A stretch of 48,128 nt of DNA from an uncultured Alphaproteobacteria bacterium (GTDB lineage: Bacteria; Pseudomonadota; Alphaproteobacteria; Methylaequorales; Methylaequoraceae): NCBI GenBank assembly GCA_902542925.1, contig CACBWF010000003.1:1-48128 (forward strand). The letters are read 5' to 3'. This document shows, in pieces, positions 45,695 through 48,128 of the stretch. Positions within the stretch are counted from its first letter, which is position 1; each line of letters starts with the position of its first letter. The notes under the pieces are model-generated. The model searched no databases. It was given only the letters and a program-made list of their open reading frames with translations, and was not told the origin of the DNA. Position numbers and translations under genes: made by a program.

Positions 45695-45955
45695 ATGGAT
45701 TATAAAGTTCACTGGATTATTGACGGTATCATGAATGTGGATGCAAATTCAAAGGAAGATGCTGAAAAAATAGTGCAGGAAAAGTTGCAAAATTTTGTTA
45801 AAAATTCTGATGATTTGATGAATTTTTTCATTGCAAAATCTATACAAGGTCAAGCTTATCTTCCTAGTAATGAAGAAAACGAAAAAATTTTACAAAAGGG
45901 GGATGACAGTTTTAGCGATCTAAAAAAAAATGAAAGTAATCAAGATGATACCTAA
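45695..45955 (+). CDS. Small hypothetical protein
   Basis: YKVHW...VDANSKEDAEKIV beta-beta-alpha pattern; tightly packed in the operon. Confidence 0.65.
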   Translation: MDYKVHWIIDGIMNVDANSKEDAEKIVQEKLQNFVKNSDDLMNFFIAKSIQGQAYLPSNEENEKILQKGDDSFSDLKKNESNQDDT

Positions 45956-46214
45956 TCTACTGATCTTATTTTCTTTATTAATACCAGATATGTCATTAGG
46001 AATAGGAAGAAAGTATGAGCCTGAGGAAGGAACCTTTGATAGAAGAAAAAGAATAGTAATTCAAAATAAATGTAGACTGGTCAAACAAACCCATGTCCCT
46101 GGTGATGTCGTTTGTGAATATCAATCTCAAAAAAGAAGCGATAAAAATAAACAAGTTTATCTTGGTTCACCTGGACAGGTCTGCTTGAGAGAAATAATTT
46201 GTCCTGTGAAATAA
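45930..46214 (+). CDS. Small secreted four-Cys hypothetical protein
   Basis: Signal-like N-terminus; KCRL, VCEY and CLREIIC. Confidence 0.65.
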   Translation: MKVIKMIPNLLILFSLLIPDMSLGIGRKYEPEEGTFDRRKRIVIQNKCRLVKQTHVPGDVVCEYQSQKRSDKNKQVYLGSPGQVCLREIICPVK

Positions 46215-46226
46215 TATAAATTTTAA

Positions 46227-47159
46227 ATGCAACAAGATAAATACCTGAAATTAAGAACCAGATGTTGGGAACTACTTGAACCCGGTTCTGAAAAAGATAG
46301 CTTTAGTAAAAAAGTTGATATTTTTCTATTATTACTAATTTCACTTAATGTTTTTTCGGTTATACTTGAAACAGTAGATCAACTTTACAACAAATATGAA
46401 AAGGTTTTTTTATACTTTGAGGTCTTCTCAGTTTTTATTTTCACTATAGAATATTTTCTACGTATATGGTCTTGTGTATCAGAAAAAAAATTTGGTAACA
46501 ACAATTTAAAAAAAAGGATAAGATTTGTTTTCACCTTTTCAGCAATTATTGATTTGATAGCAATATTACCTAGTCTTATTGCACTAATTTATCCTTCTGT
46601 TGATTTGAGGTTTATTAGAGCACTCAGAATTGTTCGATTACTAAAATTTTCAAGGTATTCTAGTTCAATTAATAGCTTGTTATCGGTTTTATGGGATCAG
46701 AGAAGATCATTTGGTGCAGCTTTTTTTATATTATTCATAGCTTTAATAATCGCTTCAAGTGGAATGTATTTGGTAGAAAAAGATGTCCAACCAGACAAAT
46801 TTGGTAGTATTCCAGATGCTATGTGGTGGGCAGTTGTAACATTAACCACTGTAGGATACGGTGATGTTACCCCGATTACCTCAGTAGGAAGAATTTTTGG
46901 CTCAATAATAATTATTTTGGGAATTGGAACTGTTGCACTCCCTTCTGGTATTTTAGCCGCTGCATTCTCAGATTTTCAAAGACGTAATCAAAAGAAATAT
47001 GAAGATAAACTCAAGGACATGTTATCTGACAATATAATTGATGATCTAGAAAGAGAGGAGTTAAAGAGACTTTCAGAGAGTCTTAATCTTTCGGAAGAAG
47101 ATATAAGCTCTATTGAAGGATCAAATAAAATTAATCAACCAACTGATCCTACAAAATGA
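46227..47159 (+). CDS. Voltage-gated-type potassium channel (6TM)
   Basis: S4 helix LRFIRALRIVRLLKFSR; pore WWAVVTLTTVGYGD. Confidence 0.95.
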   Translation: MQQDKYLKLRTRCWELLEPGSEKDSFSKKVDIFLLLLISLNVFSVILETVDQLYNKYEKVFLYFEVFSVFIFTIEYFLRIWSCVSEKKFGNNNLKKRIRFVFTFSAIIDLIAILPSLIALIYPSVDLRFIRALRIVRLLKFSRYSSSINSLLSVLWDQRRSFGAAFFILFIALIIASSGMYLVEKDVQPDKFGSIPDAMWWAVVTLTTVGYGDVTPITSVGRIFGSIIIILGIGTVALPSGILAAAFSDFQRRNQKKYEDKLKDMLSDNIIDDLEREELKRLSESLNLSEEDISSIEGSNKINQPTDPTK

Positions 47160-48127
47160 TTGATACCACTACTAACTCTTCTAGTACACTCATAAAGAGC
47201 TTCTAATCTAGTAAAAATGTTATTTTCTTTGATATAATTGATACTTTTTTCATTGATATAATTTGATGGTTCTCCAAACCCAACGTAATTATTACCTTTT
47301 TTTCCAATTGGAAAAATTTTCTTTAAAATGTTTACTGCATTTAAAATATCAAACCTTATTAATTTGGCTATAACTTCGTCTCTAGAAACGCCTGCTTGAT
47401 CGTTAAATTTTGGAATTTCGACTGACAACAAAAAAATTTCATGAAAAATAGCAACTCTTATACCATGCATTAAAAGTAATTCATCTCTTATTTCTTTTTC
47501 AATTACTCTGCCCCTTCCAACTGCAATTCGTCCTTTCACCTTTCTACCTAACAACCAATTTCTTATTTCCATGTATTCTTGGTGTAAGACTCTATAAACT
47601 TTATTTAATCTCCAGTGCACGTCAAAAGATTCTAGAAGATTTGCTACTTCTCTCATATTCTCACTTCTTCTTTGGTCAGCAGTCCTAGTAGACCAATTTA
47701 ACCACATTCCGGGATCAAAACAATCTACATAAGCCTTCAAAACCTCTATATCACTGTAAGCAAATGAGTATTCTACTATTTTCATAATCCTATTAAATCT
47801 GTCAGATTTATTAACCATTTTATTAAAAGCATTAAAATCTTTTCTTAAAAACTGTCCAACACCCCCTAGTGAATTAGCAAACATACCTAATTGTTGTAAA
47901 ATGCTATTTTGTGGAATAGCTCTTGTTTGACTAGGATGATAAACCAAAGTCTTTACCCCTGTGTCACTCTGTCTTTTTATTGCTCTTGAGCCAGTTGAAT
48001 GTAAAATGTTACTCCCAAAAACACTCAATAAAGTAGCAAAATTTGGATCATCCATTATTTTTGTATTAAATTGTTTGATAGTATTTACAAATTCAACCCC
48101 AAAGTCAGGTGAAGAATAAAGTGGATC
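47135..48127 (-). CDS. ppc: Phosphoenolpyruvate carboxylase-like protein, C-terminal part (5' end outside the window)
   Basis: TGSRAIKRQ and TRAIPQN match the PEPC GSR and RAIP motifs; the frame stays open from 48055 to the window edge. Confidence 0.72.
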   Translation of the reverse strand, partial: DPLYSSPDFGVEFVNTIKQFNTKIMDDPNFATLLSVFGSNILHSTGSRAIKRQSDTGVKTLVYHPSQTRAIPQNSILQQLGMFANSLGGVGQFLRKDFNAFNKMVNKSDRFNRIMKIVEYSFAYSDIEVLKAYVDCFDPGMWLNWSTRTADQRRSENMREVANLLESFDVHWRLNKVYRVLHQEYMEIRNWLLGRKVKGRIAVGRGRVIEKEIRDELLLMHGIRVAIFHEIFLLSVEIPKFNDQAGVSRDEVIAKLIRFDILNAVNILKKIFPIGKKGNNYVGFGEPSNYINEKSINYIKENNIFTRLEALYECTRRVSSGINHFVGSVG

Positions 48128-48128
48128 A

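Noticed and set aside
44674-46214. RiPP biosynthetic cluster or nitrile hydratase
   Set aside because: No core peptide, maturase, exporter, metal-binding Cys motif or beta subunit in the window.
1-48128. tRNA, rRNA, CRISPR arrays, IS elements, integrases, sigma28 promoters and strong intrinsic terminators
   Set aside because: None recognised by eye; intergenic gaps are very short. A covariance-model scan would be needed to exclude small RNAs.

Overview
Very AT-rich, densely packed chromosome segment of an alphaproteobacterium that looks like a streamlined marine lineage (inferred from gene order and protein similarity; exact taxon not determinable here). Bases 1-17 kb are housekeeping genes: fabG/fabD, rpsF-rpsR-DUF2232, a Ca/Na antiporter, dnaB, mlaEF, cvpA-purF-SDR, then yfgM-bamB-der followed by a flavocytochrome c sulfide dehydrogenase pair, DUF2794, DUF1289, marC and trhO. 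Bases 17-44 kb hold a sigma54-driven flagellar island of the Rhodobacter sphaeroides Fla1 (gammaproteobacterial) type: fleQ, fleT-fliEFGHIJ, fliKLMN, fliOPQR-flhB, a probable motF, PomAB-like motAB and rpoN. Seven canonically spaced -24/-12 promoters, four FleQ-type GTCA-N6-TGAC boxes and two identical IHF-like sites can be read directly from the DNA. The most unusual items are: (i) a degenerate ribosome-recycling-factor paralogue at the end of the fliO operon; (ii) a sigma54-wired cell-wall module (tail-anchored protein, M23 peptidase, predicted leaderless lytic transglycosylase) divergent from three tandem bactofilins; (iii) an apparent deletion scar where rplI should be; (iv) an orphan NHLP/nitrile-hydratase-leader-like protein heading an operon that ends in a K+ channel. 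The window ends inside a PEP-carboxylase-like gene. No rRNA, tRNA, CRISPR array or mobile element was seen. All protein calls are by motif recognition; no database search was run.
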